A DNA stretch of 64,000 bases from Chiloscyllium plagiosum (Eukaryota). The notes below the pieces were generated by a model that worked only from the letters and a program-made list of their open reading frames with translations, made no database searches and was not told where the DNA came from. This document shows, in pieces, positions 26,329 through 39,910 of this stretch (position 1 is the stretch's first letter; each line of letters begins with the position of its first letter). The position numbers and the translations under genes are program-made. The stretch lies in contig NC_057737.1 in NCBI RefSeq assembly GCF_004010195.1, positions 35,652,866 through 35,716,865 on the forward strand, written 5' to 3'.

Positions 26329-26686
26329 GAATCATAGAAACCATACAGTGCAGAAAAAGGCCATTTGGCCCATTTGAGTCTGCACTAATGCTCTGAAGAG
26401 CATCCCACCCAGATGTAGCACCCCACCCTGTCTCCATAACTCCGCATTTACCATGGGCTAATCCACCTAGCCTGGAAACCTATGGACACAATGAGGCAAT
26501 TTGGCATGGCCAGTCCATCTAACCTGTACATCTTTGAACTATGGAAGAAAACTGGAGTACCTGGTGGAAACCCATGCAGACACTGGGGAGAATGTGCAAA
26601 CTCCACACAGTTACCCAAGGCTGGAGTCAAACCTGGGTTCCTGGCACTGTGAGGCAGCAGTGCTAACCACTGAGCCATAGTGCTGC
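26329..26686 (-). mobile_element. HE1-like V-SINE
   Basis: tRNA-like head GGCAGCACTATGGCTCAGTGGTTAGCACTGCTGCCTCACAG plus V-domain on the minus strand. Confidence 0.85.
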
Positions 26687-29600
26687 CACTGAGCAGCTGC
26701 CACTGCGGCAACTGACACCCAAACTCCAAATCTTTACGCAAGCCTTGAACATCTCCTTTTCCTAGGAGAGACAACTTGTATCTGACTTAAGTGAAGTCCC
26801 CTTTGAACTTCGCCCAAAAGCATTTGAAATAAATTTGTAAAAAGCTTGCTTATTCCAGACTATGATAAGCTAATGACTTAATGTTTCCTCTCTCTGGCCA
26901 TAAATCCCAAAGTATAAACAAACTTTCATCAACATTCCAGGAAGTGCTTACTGGTTTACATATTATGGTTCTGGAAAAACTACCTAGTCAATTTTTAAAC
27001 CTCTTCACAAAAATAGACCATCATCCATATGCCACCAGTTTAAACTTCAAGCCTTACCTCTCTATCTCATTAACAAGATCTTTCTCTATCTCCAACAAGG
27101 CCTGGACAAACTGCATTACTCTTGTGTAAATTCCACTCATTTCACCTCCCCATTAGTAGCCATGCCTTCAGCCATTCCATCGATATCATTAAAAATTCAC
27201 AGCATGAGAAATGAATATTCGGTCCTTTATGTCTTCACTGGAGCTCAGAGAGCTTTCCAGCCTTATTCCACATTCTGACTCTTGGTCTCTCGCCTTGTAA
27301 CTGCAGCACTTCAAGAGCTAAACTCAATGCTTTTTAAATGCATTGAGCATTTCTGCCTCTATCTTGCTTGCAAGCAATATGTTTCAATTCCCACCATTCT
27401 CCAAATGAAAACATTTCCCCTTGAATATTCTCTACATCTCGTACTTATTACCTTTAAATCTATGCTACTCTGGTGCTGCCCCCTCAACCAAGGAATTAAG
27501 GTCGTTAGAGCACTCATCATAATTTTATGCACTTCAGTTTCCACTGTTCCAAGGAGACTAGCCAATGATCAAACTATCCAGTCCTTCCTCCTAAACTTCT
27601 CCAGCCTAGACAATATGTTTGACAATATTCTTTGTGGCTTTTCTCATGCCATAACCAGAACTGCATGCTGTATGTCATTTGTGGCGCAATTTGCATTTAT
27701 ACAAATCTAGCATAATCTCCTACTTTTATTTTCTATATCTTATATTCTATATAGGCAATAATGCCATATACCTTCTACACTATGTCATTATCTGTCAGGT
27801 CAGTTTTGGGGATCAGTGGACATATATTTATTCTGTTCTTCTAGATCTCTTGGTATTGTACTAGTCATTGTGTGTTCCCTTGTCTTTTAATCTTTTCCAA
27901 ATGCATTAACCAACATTTTCTGGATTGAACTCTGTTTTCCATTGTGTTTTTTCAAGCTGACTAGTTCATTGACATCCTCCTGTAGTCAGCAGTTTTCTTC
28001 TTCATTAATACAATTGCCCATGTAGTTGTATCATCTGCAAATTTCATTATACCACCTGTATTCAAATCCAAATAATTGATACAAGTACAAAAAACAAGGT
28101 ACGCAGTACTGAACCCAGTGGGAGCCTACTGGAAACAGGCTTCTAGTCTGAAAACTCCATTGATCATTATCCTTTCCTTAATAACTCTGAATGATTCAGA
28201 TTTGGCTCCAGCTTGTCACTTCATCTTGAATTCCATGCATCTTACTTCTGTGACCAGTCTGACATGTGGGATCTTATCAAAAGCTTCACTAAAATCCATC
28301 TGTATCACATTCAATACACTAATCCCATGACTATCCTCATTACCTTGTCAAAAAAATCAATCATCTTAGTAAGACACAACTTTCCAAAAAGAAATCCATG
28401 CTTGCTAATGGTCAGAAAGGCATATGGCATACTTGCCTTCAATGGTCTTTGTTTAATCTACTGCCTTTCTGAAGATAAATTAAGATTTATACTGTCCCTT
28501 AGAACTTTCCCAATAATTATCCCATCTCTCTTATGAAAATATATTTTAGAAAATATATTTTTCCTGGATTTTACTCGAGAATATTTCATGAGTTTTAATT
28601 GTTTTTCTAATTTCCTTTTAATTTCACACTTTACGACCTTTAGGTTTCCTGCAGTACCTGTATTAAGCCCTCATTATCAGTAATTAGCTTTCATTTTTCT
28701 CTTTATCTTCTTCTTTAAGGTCCGTGACAGGCAAGGTTCTCTGGATTTGTTTGTCACACCCTTTATCTTTAATGGAAATTCTTGCCATGAAATCTCACTA
28801 TCTCTTGTTGAATGCCTTCCACTGACTTGTCACTGCCTCACTTTCAAGTAACTGTCTTATCATCAGGTTTAGCTACATCAAAACTCATTTGGTCCTGAAT
28901 GCCAGAATTTCTTCCCAAAACCCCTCCAGTTTTTTGCCTCTTCTACCTCTTTTAGGACATTCCTTGAAACTTCTTTGACTGAACTTTTAGTCATCTTTTC
29001 TAATAGTTTATTCATTAGTTCAACAATTTTTTTAATTTCCTTTTATTAAACTCCTCTTAAGTACCTTGGGAAAATGCTGTGTAAATGTAAGTTACTGTTG
29101 TTAAATGAGGGCTGAAGGGTACTGTCATTGCTTCGATTCCTTTGTTGTCTTATTAAAGAGCAATTGAAAGAAACAGCTTTTAATTGATTAAGCATCTGAT
29201 TACTTGATTTGAACTATCAACACCCTTTCTCCGAAGCACTCTTTTCCGCTCCCACCACCACTCAACTATTACATAAATGCTGCCCCCTTCACATTTCACG
29301 TCAGTTCTGATGAAGAGTCATTTAGATTCAAAACGTTGGCTTGCTTTTTCTCCATTGACGCTGTCTGACCCACTGTAATCTACAGCATTTTGTTTTCAGT
29401 GCAGAAATTAAGTGTTTAATTTAGTTTGTCCCTGCCTCTTTGTAAAGAAAAGTCTGTTGTAATTATGATGTGCCATCAACTCAAAATTCTTTTTACTGTG
29501 GGGATAATTACACATTGGATAATATAGTATTAACCGACTGTATGCTCTATTGATATTTAGTAGAGGTATACCAGGGATGGAAGTGGAAGGGTCAAAAGGT

Positions 29601-30207
29601 GGATCAAGGCAGAGGGATGAAGTATTTATTGGAATTACTTTCACCAGCCTTCTGTGGACTGAATGTAATAAAAAGTTAACTGGAATTACTTTCAAATACA
29701 TTTCTAGTGGAAAAATGTGCAAGGTTCAATTTCTGTACGGAAGGAAGAATGAGTTTAAAAAATGCTTTGCTTTACTCTGCAATCTGTTTCCTTTCTTTTG
29801 CTGCATCCTCTCTGTTCCACATAAAACAAAATAAGAGTCCAGTCTGACAGAGTCAACATGGTTTTGTTAAAGGGAATCATGACTAATAAACGTATTTGGA
29901 GTTCTTTAAGGATGTAACAAGCTGTGGTAAAAGTGCTGAAGAGATCAGAACCTTGACAAAATACAATCTGTATCAATAATCCAAACAGGGAAACCTCCTG
30001 TGTTATAATCAAATTTGCTACTGACAGTAAAGAAAGTTGTGGTTGAGGATGCAAAGTCTGCAAAGGTATATAAGTAGAGTGGGCAAAAATTTGGCAGCTG
30101 GATTATGATAAAAGGAGATGTGAGATTGTCCACTTAGTCAAATGAATAGTAAAATAATGGGCTCGAGGGACCAACTGGTCTACTCCTCCTATTTCTTAAC
30201 TCCTTAG

Positions 30208-30322
30208 GACAAAGCAAAATCGAAGAACAGTCTTGAAACAAAAAGTACAAAGGGAGACAAAGGCTTCCAGCTGCTGCCTGTGTCAGATAACAGCTCTTCC
30301 CCCATCCTCCTGGAACTGAATG
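30208..30322 (+). CDS. BCL7B: BCL7B coding exon 3
   Basis: ttag|DKAKSKNSLETKSTKGDKGFQLLPVSDNSSSPILLELN G|gtaagt; 115 nt; joins exons 2 and 4 in frame and resembles the mammalian KEKSKSNS...SSLLLEFQ segment. Confidence 0.9.
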
Positions 30323-32503
30323 GTAAGTATGTTTAAAATGTTAGTACTTGATGCTCTGAGATGACCCTTTGCACGCACTGTTCGGTTTGATTTGATTTGA
30401 TTTATTTTCTTCAGCTATGAGCAATGTTGAAGAGATTGCATATCGTTGTTCTGGGAAAGTAATGCTAAGTGGGCCCCTTGAAAGGTTTATTTAATTTTTG
30501 TTTACAATTAAGTGGCTTGTAAAATAAGTTCAAAGGGCTTCAAGAATCACACTAGAAGTAGAGGACTAGAGTCACATGTAGGACAGACCTGCATAACAGG
30601 TACCTTTACCTGAAACTAGTTACGTTTTTCAAATCTATTTTTTTTTCTCTTATATTACCAAATCTTTGGCTATTAAATTTCTTAACTTACCTAGTGGAAT
30701 TTGAGATGCTAATCTAGTTCAGTGTCGTAATAATAATCCCACTACTTTACCATTAATGCTGAATGATAATGAACTGTGTGAACAAAATCTTACCATTTGA
30801 TATTTTCATGTGCAATGCCACATTAAAATAGGTTAATAATTTTGTTGTTAGCTTAAATATTACCAAATTATTATAAGAACATTAACATTTCTGTCATAAA
30901 TGCTCTTTGTGACAACCTTGATTCATCATCTCAAAATCCTACATGTGACCAGCAAAACATCATCTTAGTATTAAATGATTGAAAAGACATTGTTTTTCAA
31001 AATTTGGGCAGAGTATATAAATAGTTTTTCTGAAATTTCATAAAGAGTGAAAGTGTCGTGAAACTTCACTGACGCTAAATGTCAACACTAATTTAAAGGA
31101 ATGGTTTCGGGCATCTGTGGTGCAAGAAGTAGCATCCTTATCTCTGAGCCAGGAGTTACGAATGAGCCCACACTTATAATTACACCCTCCTTATCCAGCA
31201 AATCCTAAGAAGGCCAATCAGATTGGAAACCTGCAAATTCCAGCATACCATAATGGCAGATGGTAGGAGTGGGAGAGATTCCTGACATCCTTGTGTTAAA
31301 AAGAATGTTGGAGCCTCTACCATCATTATCCATAGCTCCAGAATACAACATGCATGTTGCTGCAGCAGCTCTAATACTGTGAGTAGACAGTGACATACCA
31401 CCACCATAGGAGGGAAGCTGAGGAATAAGTGCATGATTTATAACAGAAAATAGAAAATATGAAATGTTTAATCTCCAGTGCAACTGGTGCAATGATCTTT
31501 GTTATGCTGACTACAAAGTAAATACTAGTAAATTGACTAATATTTTGAAAAAGTAACACAATGTTAGATCAATGAATAAATGTGAGTAAATGCTCAGTCC
31601 AAGATGTAATTCTTGATCAGTATATAGTTATGTGGTATCAGTGGTGTCAAAATTAAAAACTGTATTTGGTCAAAGTTCTTGGACTAATGAAGAATAAGTG
31701 TTTGGCAGGAGTATTCTTATGGATTCTTGTAGAGAGAGGAGGAAAACTTCTTCAAGGAAGGCATCCTTGCAAGAGGATTCGCAGTAGGGTTAAAATCAAC
31801 GAGGTAAAAACAAGGACTGCAGACAGGCAGCATCCGAGAAGCAGGAAAATTGATGTTTCGGGAAAAAGCCCTTCATCATTCCTGAATAAACAAAGTGCAA
31901 TAAAGGGCACAAAGTGAGGGCAGTTTCAGGTTGGTTGTGTTAACACCCATTGTTATTTGGACTTCCAGTAGTAAATACCTGTAATTTATGCAGTAATCGC
32001 CAGACTCAAGCTCTTTCTTCAATGAAGAGATGGATGGACTCCTACAGTGGCACTATTTAATAACAGCAACATTCAAATGTGCAGTGCAAACTAGCAAATA
32101 TGATGGGGTCTTCTCAGCTTAATCCTAATTCCACTTATTTGATCTGAGGGTCTTTGTGAGCTCCACGTTTAGCCTTCAGTCACTAAGTTAAGTGTGGATA
32201 AATGTTCAGATCAGAAAGATCTTGGCTTTGATGTCAGATATTGTGGAACAACCTGATGGTGTTTACTATCCTGACTTGTACATGAAAAGTGGTCACCTGG
32301 GAACAGCCAAGCTTCTTGGTCACGTAACCTTGCAGGAGTCAGTGTCTCCAGGGAAGCAGGGACAAGAACTCGGGAAAAATCTTATTAAATTGTTTTTTAT
32401 AACATTAATGGGCATACATTGTACCTAAATGATTGGAAATGTTTTTCCTTCTAATGATCATTTCAGATTGATTAAAATATGATTGTGTGTTTTAATCTTT
32501 CAG

Positions 32504-32674
32504 ATGAGACCAGTAATCAGAGCTCCTTATCAGATGCCTACCAGGTAAAAGTGGACAGCAGTACAAACTCGAGCCCCAGCCCGGAGCAAAGTGAGCCTGT
32601 CAGCCCAACGCTTCTGTCTGATTTTAAAGCAGATGACTCTCAGCCTCCCATGCTTGGGCAGGAAAGCATGGAAG
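32504..32674 (+). CDS. BCL7B: BCL7B coding exon 4
   Basis: (D)ETSNQSSLSDAYQVKVDSSTNSSPSPEQSEPVSPTLLSDFKADDSQPPMLGQESME; tttcag| and |gtatgg; 171 nt. Confidence 0.96.
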
Positions 32675-32894
32675 GTATGGAGAGCAACAGGAATTATATT
32701 GGCTGTTACTGTGCAATCACTGTGAATATGTAAAACTATCCTTGAGTAGTTAATTGGATGACCATTCAGAGCAGATCGCAGAGTGTGCTGAGTTGTCAGA
32801 GGTGCCATGCTGCCTTTAAAATATTAAAGTGTGGTCCAGAATGACCACTTAGATAATTGTGAACAAGAACCCAGGGGCGCGCGCGCGCGTTGCG

Positions 32895-33878
32895 TTGGGT
32901 GAACGTAGCTGAGAATGAAATAGGTAGATGAAGGTGGGGGAGAAGGTGATGGGGTGAAGTGGCTAGATGGCAAAGGTGATGGACAAGTTAAGAGGGTGAT
33001 GACAAGTTGGAGGCTTGGGACTGGGATAATGTGGGTGGGGGTGGGAGGGGGGAGATGAAATGACCTATCCCCACGACTAGGGACATATTTCCCTTTCCAA
33101 CCCTATCAATGTTCCAGAGACACCGTTCTCTCCACGGCTCCCTTGTCAGATCCATGACCCCACCAGCCCACACCCTACTCCTGGCACCTTCCCCTGCCAC
33201 TGCAGGAAGTACAAAACCTACCTTCCCCTGCCACTGAAGTACAAAACCTATGCCCACACCACCCCCCTCACCCAAGTCCAAGGCCCCAAGGGATCCTTCC
33301 ACATCCAATAGAAATTTACCTGTACCTCCCCCAATGTCATCTACTGTATCTGTTATGCCCAATATGGTCTCCTCTACATCGGGGAGACTGGATGCCTATT
33401 TGTGAATCATTTCAGAGAACATCTCTGGGACACCTGCACCAACTAACCCCACTGAAGACTTCAACTCCCCCTCCCACTCCTCCAGGGACATGCAGGTCCT
33501 GCCTCCTCCATTGCCAAACCCTTACCACATGGTGCCTGGAGGAATAACGCCTCATCCTCTGCCTTGGGACCCTGTAACCACATGGATCAATGTGGATTTC
33601 ACCAGTTTCCTCATTCCCCCTCCCCCCACATTATCCCAGTCCCAAGCCTCCAACTTGGCACTGCCCTTTTGACCTGTCTATCACCTTTCCTATCTACTTG
33701 CTCCACCCTCCTCTCCAACCTATCACCTTCTCCTCGACCGTCATCAACCTATCACATTCTCAGCTACTGTTCCACCCCCCTCCCATTTATCTCTCAGCCC
33801 CCTGTCGGAAAGCCTCATTCTCCTGCTCCTCGGATACTGCCTGACCTGCTGCTCTTTTCTAACATCACACTCTCGACA
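32895..33878 (+). mobile_element. Penelope-like 3' fragment with a short inverted piece (about 32895-33063)
   Basis: GIY-YIG region (FTCTSPNVIYCICYAQYGLLYIGETG) on plus; 32895-33063 is an antisense copy of its 3' part. Confidence 0.75.
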
Positions 33879-34046
33879 TAAAGATTATGCACCCGCATTG
33901 AAGTTTACACAACATTGATCAATTGTTGGTAAACAGAACATCCCTAGACAACTTATTCTTGTACTGTAATACCCTTTAAAGGAAGACCAGCATGCATTTG
34001 ATGTCCTAATTGCTAATTTTGTGTCTTTTGCACAAATACACCAAAG

Positions 34047-34713
34047 TCATAGAGTCATAGAGATGTACAGACTGGAAACAGACCCTTTAGTCCAAACCGT
34101 CCATGCCGACCAGATATCCCAACCCTATCTAGTTATGAGGGGCATGGATAGGATAAATAGACAAAGTCTTTTTCCTGGGGTCGGTGAGTCCAGAACTAGA
34201 GGGCATAGGTTTAGGGTGAAAGGGGAAAGATATAAAAGAGACCTAAGGGGCAACTTTTTCACGCAGAGGGTGGTACGTATATGGAATGAGCTGCCAGAGG
34301 ACGTGGCGGAGACTGGTACAATCCTCCAACCCTGGCAACATCCTTGTAAATCTTTTCTGAACCCTTTCAAGTTTCACAACATCTTTCCGATAGGAAGGAG
34401 ACCAGAATTGCACGCAATATTCCAACAGTGGCCTAACCAATGTCCTGTACAACCACAACATGACCTCCCAACTCCTGTACTCAATACTCTGACCAATAAA
34501 GGAAAGCATACCAAATGCCGCCTTCACTATCCTCTCTACCTGCAACTCCACTTTCAAGGAGCTATGAACCTGCACTCCAAGGTCTCTTTGTTCAGCAACA
34601 CTCCCTAGGACTTTACCATTAAATGTATAAGTCCTGCTAAGATTTGCTTTCTCAAAATGCAGCACCTCCCACTTATCTGAATTAAACTCCATCTGCCACT
34701 TCTCAGCCCATTG
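34047..34713 (-). mobile_element. CR1 3' fragment with an internal inverted segment
   Basis: MEFNSDKWEVLHFEKAN...RPLLEYCVQFWSPSYRKDV on minus; about 34132-34321 encodes MRGMDRINRQSLFP...RIWNELP on plus. Confidence 0.85.
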
Positions 34714-35633
34714 TCTCAGAACATCGTAGTTAAATGTTTTATTCCCTTAAAAATATATTCTACTATATTATTCATACTACTAAAATGAATACAGCACACA
34801 ATTTTACCATTTCACTTTCCAACTGATGTCCCCAATTGTCCTCACAACACACACCTGTGTCATTTCTGTGGTGCCATTCAAGATGATCAGCTTGCTAACA
34901 CTATTGAAGAATGCTTAGAGCTATGCATGAAGAATAGTGGTCTTGGAGAGGTACTGAAGGCTACTTGGTATTCATGAAATTGTATTGCAGCAAGAGACAA
35001 CATCCTCCTTACAAGTGAGATGAAAAAAAGTGTCCCATTGTTTCTATGTACACAGTAATAGTGACATTGTAAAACTCAGTACTTAGCCTTCGTCTCTTTC
35101 CTGCAGAAGACATTGGCTGTCAACTAGGATGCAGATCAATCAGTACTGCAGCTCTTCCTCAGAGTAGCCTACCTCAATCGTCAATCTGAACACTAATACT
35201 AATTGTTCCAACAGAGATCAACCAACTAACTAACAGAATCGACCTAAACTGTGAGCGTCAGACAGCTGTTCAATTGTAAATGCATAGGTTTTCAGAATGG
35301 GACCCTTGGCTGGTTACCCTGAAGCCATTGCATATTGTCCTCTGTATGGCCTCAGCATTAAAATCAACTAGCTCTGTTTAAGACAGAAAATAATGGCTCT
35401 GTTCCTCACTAATTCACTTATAATTTTATTCATTAATAAAATAGTTTTATTTCCCTGATGCTTTGAATAAAGTGCAAACAGGTTTTCAATTTCCAAGTTA
35501 TTTTAGTCAGATTCTCACAATTCTCTTTTCTCCTGCTAAGATCCCAACCATTTTTCTGACTCTTATTCAGCAAGTGGACATTTATGGTTAGTCTGGATAG
35601 AAATTATGGTAATTTCTCAATTCTCTCTCACAG

Positions 35634-35713
35634 AACCTTCCCTTCCTTCCTCAGAAGTAGGAGATGACCCTCCAATGCTTACAAAGGAGGAGCTGGTTCC
35701 CTTGCAGCCTCAG
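35634..35713 (+). CDS. BCL7B: BCL7B coding exon 5
   Basis: (E)PSLPSSEVGDDPPMLTKEELVPLQPQ; tcacag| and |gtaagc; 80 nt. Confidence 0.96.
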
Positions 35714-36273
35714 GTAAGCCACGAACCAATTGTGTGTACACCTACGTTTTGGGGAAGACTGAGCTCCTGTATGTTTTAGTGTAGTTGTGAGAATGAAGCA
35801 CACATTCGAGTTAAGCTCCAAACCCCAAATTTAAACTTTTCTAATAGCACTTCTTTTACTTGGTTTATTTAGATCAGTTTGGACATGTATAAGTTAAATG
35901 TGCAGATCCCAACATTTTAATTTGGATAAGCACACAGACAAATGAACAAAAGTCAAGTCTTAGGGTGCGTGTGCATTGTCATTTTGGTGTAATTATCCCT
36001 GTGATTCATTTTTATCAAACAGATGTGAAACTGGTGCAGAAATTTGACTCCTGCTTCAAGGCCATGGTTTCCAAATTAAGATGACACATGCAAACGCATT
36101 TAATGCTTACCAGGATAATAAACTTGTAGAGGATGGGAAAAAAAAGTGAATTTCATCACTGTGAATCTTAGGATTTGAGCTAATAAGTAAATGCTATGAA
36201 AATTGGGAAGCTACAGATTCTTTTAGGAAAATTGGTTTAAGTCACCAATCATGTAGTCTCTACTGTAAAATGA

Positions 36274-36604
36274 ATATTAGATTAGATTAGATTCCCTACA
36301 GTGTGGAAATAAGCCCTGCGGTCCAACAAGTCCACACCAACCTTCCTAAGAGTAATCCACCCAGACCCATTCCTCTATCCTATATTTACCCCTGACTAAT
36401 GCACCTAACGCTATGGACAATTTATCATGGCCAATTCACCTGACCTGCACATCTTTGGATTGTGGGAGGAAACTGGAGCACCTGGAGGAAACCCACACAG
36501 ACATGGGGAGAACGTGCAAACGCCACAGACAGTCACCTGAGGCAGGAATCAAACCTGGGTCCCTGGTGCTGTGAGGCAGCAGTGCTAACCACTGAGCCAA
36601 CGTG
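36274..36604 (-). mobile_element. Full-length HE1-like V-SINE
   Basis: Head, V-domain and (AATCT)n tail are all present on the minus strand. Confidence 0.9.
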
Positions 36605-37314
36605 TCACCCAGTTGTGGAGAGACAGATAGGGAAAATCTTGCTCTGATGTTTTCCATGGTCCGTTACCTTGTAGAATCCCTGTCTTTAGTGTTGCACAAG
36701 AATAACCACTTTAATAAGTACAGAAAGCAGTGCAACAGGTAGGATGAATGAGTTGCAGAGCAGGAGAGAAATTTGGAAAGTGATGCTATTGGCAATATTG
36801 ATCCAGAGAATAGAGCATTTGAATTTTTATCGTATTTGAATTTTTTTAAGCAAATTAATTATTTTAGGATTATTAAAAAGTATTGTCAAAATAAAACTGA
36901 AAAGTGGTATTAATAATTTCCAGATTCCAAGGTGGATATGGTCTTTGTGGCTGTCTGTCTTTAAATTATTATGTACCACTGACACTAAACTCATTTTTAA
37001 CAATAAAGCTCATGTATTGGATGAATCAAAATAAGCAAATTCTTTGGTGAATTCAATGAAGACAATATTCAAGTGGGAGGCTGAAAATCTCACTAGATCA
37101 TAGAATTTTAATGGGAAAAATGTAATGTTATATTCAGCAGTAGAAAGATTAATCTTTTTTCAGTTTTTATTTCATAGGGACCCATTCAAAATGTTAATAC
37201 AGATCTTGGTTTTCAGTGAATTTTCCTTTGAACCAAAGTTTTGTAGTTTTAACAGCAAATCTTTAACATGCTTTTTGATTCTTCAGATCAACTCTTTCTA
37301 TGGTTTGTTATCAG

Positions 37315-37413
37315 GTTGTGGAAGAGGAGGATGATGAATATTCAGGGGCACCACCACTGAAGAGGGTATGCACTGGACAGAATGCTGTGACCCAGCCAGT
37401 AACCGAGAGCTAA
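37315..37413 (+). CDS. BCL7B: BCL7B last coding exon
   Basis: atcag|VVEEEDDEYSGAPPLKRVCTGQNAVTQPVTES*; APPLKR motif; spliced CDS is 633 nt (210 aa plus stop). Confidence 0.95.
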   Translation, partial: VVEEEDDEYSGAPPLKRVCTGQNAVTQPVTES

Positions 37414-39910
37414 CCCAGAATCTCAATTTGGCTCTTTGCCATGGTACAATCTGACTTGACCATCACACATATGACTGACTTTGAAGAATGATATTTATTT
37501 TCTACTTTTAATGAATTGTGATGGTTGTGACTTTGGAGTCTGAATTTATAATGTTTCTGTATTGCAGGATGATGTCCCTTTTGTTGGGCATAGTTCATGG
37601 CTCCATTGGGTCTTCCAAGTTGAAGACACTTTTATATTGATGGTGTCAAAAGTATAACCTAATATAAAAGATATGCTCTCCTTGCCTCTGAATTGTGTCT
37701 AACATTTGGTTTTCATCAATCTTAAAATTACCTATTGGAAGTAAGAACACATGGGCTTCCTTCTTATTGACCCACTACAGGGATTGATTGCACACTGCTA
37801 CAGTATAGAGGGAGGAGCACAGACTTCAGGACTGTTCTTTTGGAGCCCTAACATCAATATGAAAGTGCCTTGACATTGAAGTGCCTCCAATCTTAATCAA
37901 GGCTAAATGAGCTTACTGATGACAGATTTGTGCTAAGATTGATTCTTGACTCTATCCCGAAATTTTTAGTTTTCATCCTGAAATCCTCCTTATGATACAA
38001 AGTTGCGCTTTATCATTTGTAGCCAAGGAAAGCACAATAGGGTGCAGTTTAAAAAAATTGAATTGTTGAAGTTGGATGGCTATATGGAAGTATTTGGTAA
38101 AACATAAGAACTAGGAACAGGAGTAAGCCATGTGACTCCTCAAGTCGGCTTTGACATTTAGCAAGATCATGGATGATCTGATCTTGGTCTCAGTTTCACT
38201 TTTCTGCTTCTTCCTCTCAACCCTTGAGTCCTTATTGTTCAAACTTCTGTCTTTCTCAACCTTGAATATAGTCAAGGATTCAACTTCCACAGTGCGGTGG
38301 GTAGAGATTTCCAAAGATTCTTCTTCATATTTATCTTAAAAGGGCAGTCCCTTATTCTGGAACTATACTATACATTCCTCAGGATAATGCGTTCCAATAA
38401 GAACATCTCCCATTCTCTTAACCTCTGAGTACAGATCCAACCTTTCTTCATAAAATAACCCAAAAAATAAACACATAAGTATATTGAAAAATGCATTTTC
38501 TGGAGTTCATTATTTAATAAATTTGCTTCAGTGAAAAAGAATGGAAAGTCTTGTGAAAGAACAGGTTTCATTTTTAAGTTAATGTAAGCCGTTGCTATAT
38601 CTTTGACATATGTGGAAAATGATGCACTTAATTTTCAGTGATACTGAATCAATCTTTTATACTTTGTTTAACCAGGACTTGCATTTTTCACTAGGGAGAG
38701 CACAATGGTGGCTCAGAGATGATTTAAAAATACGCATAGAAAATAGATTCTGTTCTTTAGTTTATTTGCTTTCAGTCAACAAGCAGCCAGGCTTATTGTG
38801 ACAATGGTGTGAGTGTTAGTGACTTGACAACTGAATTGGATTTAACTGTACTTCACTCCACATTTAAATCATCCATTGGCACTGATTCCACAGGTTCACA
38901 CAGTAACCACTTTGTCAAAAGAGGGGAGTATATAGCTGTATACGGAACATATCCCACCTGGGAGTTGGTATGATGAGAGGAGGAAGGAAGAAAATCTCCA
39001 CCCAAACACCAAACCATTCACATTCTGTTACTTCATTTACTGAATCAAATTGCCAACTGTCTTGCAGCTGATTTTACTGAAATCAGACCATTTCTTATCT
39101 GGAGATGATCCCAGATTGAACATCAGAAGTGGAATGTAAATGGTAATACTAATCAACCAACCATTTTAAGGATAAGTACAATATATGAAGGTCCTTAAGC
39201 ATTTTGATCCTTATATAATACACTGGTTATCAGGTTACAATATTTCAATGTTTATTGAAACATCACTGTCTATATTAATTGTTAGCTGGAATATTACCAA
39301 CAGATTAATACTTTATGAAACCCCATTTGGCTTACATTAAGAATTATTGTCTAAGCGTGGCTCGAGGGGTCTGCAGTTTGTGTGGACCATCTCTGATCCT
39401 GCAAGAGCCAATCAACACTTTCAGGAAGGAAAATAATTTTCAAAAATTGGGTATTCATTTCCTGATTTTATTATAAACCGATTGTCTACCTTCAGTTTCT
39501 CAATGCTTTTCTATACAATTTTTTATTGCCTTTTTTGGCACAAGAATACAGGAAATTAATCCATTAATTACACAGCAAAAAGACAGTTCACAGTAATGTT
39601 TAATATTTTTCTTCTTATCCAACTATACTTGGAAAGTGTTCTTTTTAATGGAAGTTTCTACCTATAAATAGTGCTCCTGCCAAAGTATCTCCTTTCTGCC
39701 TTGCATATGCAACCCAAACCCATTCAGGCCCTGCACCATGATCTACACTGACTATGTTGCCTAGATGTGAGTACTAGTGTTTTTTTTAGTTAGATACAGT
39801 ATTTAACTTCTGATGCTTACTTGTCTCATTTTTATCTTTATTAATGTAACTCTCCCCTCTTTCATGGATCAACCCAAATGTAAAGCTACTCAGTGTCTCA
39901 GTTTAGTTAT

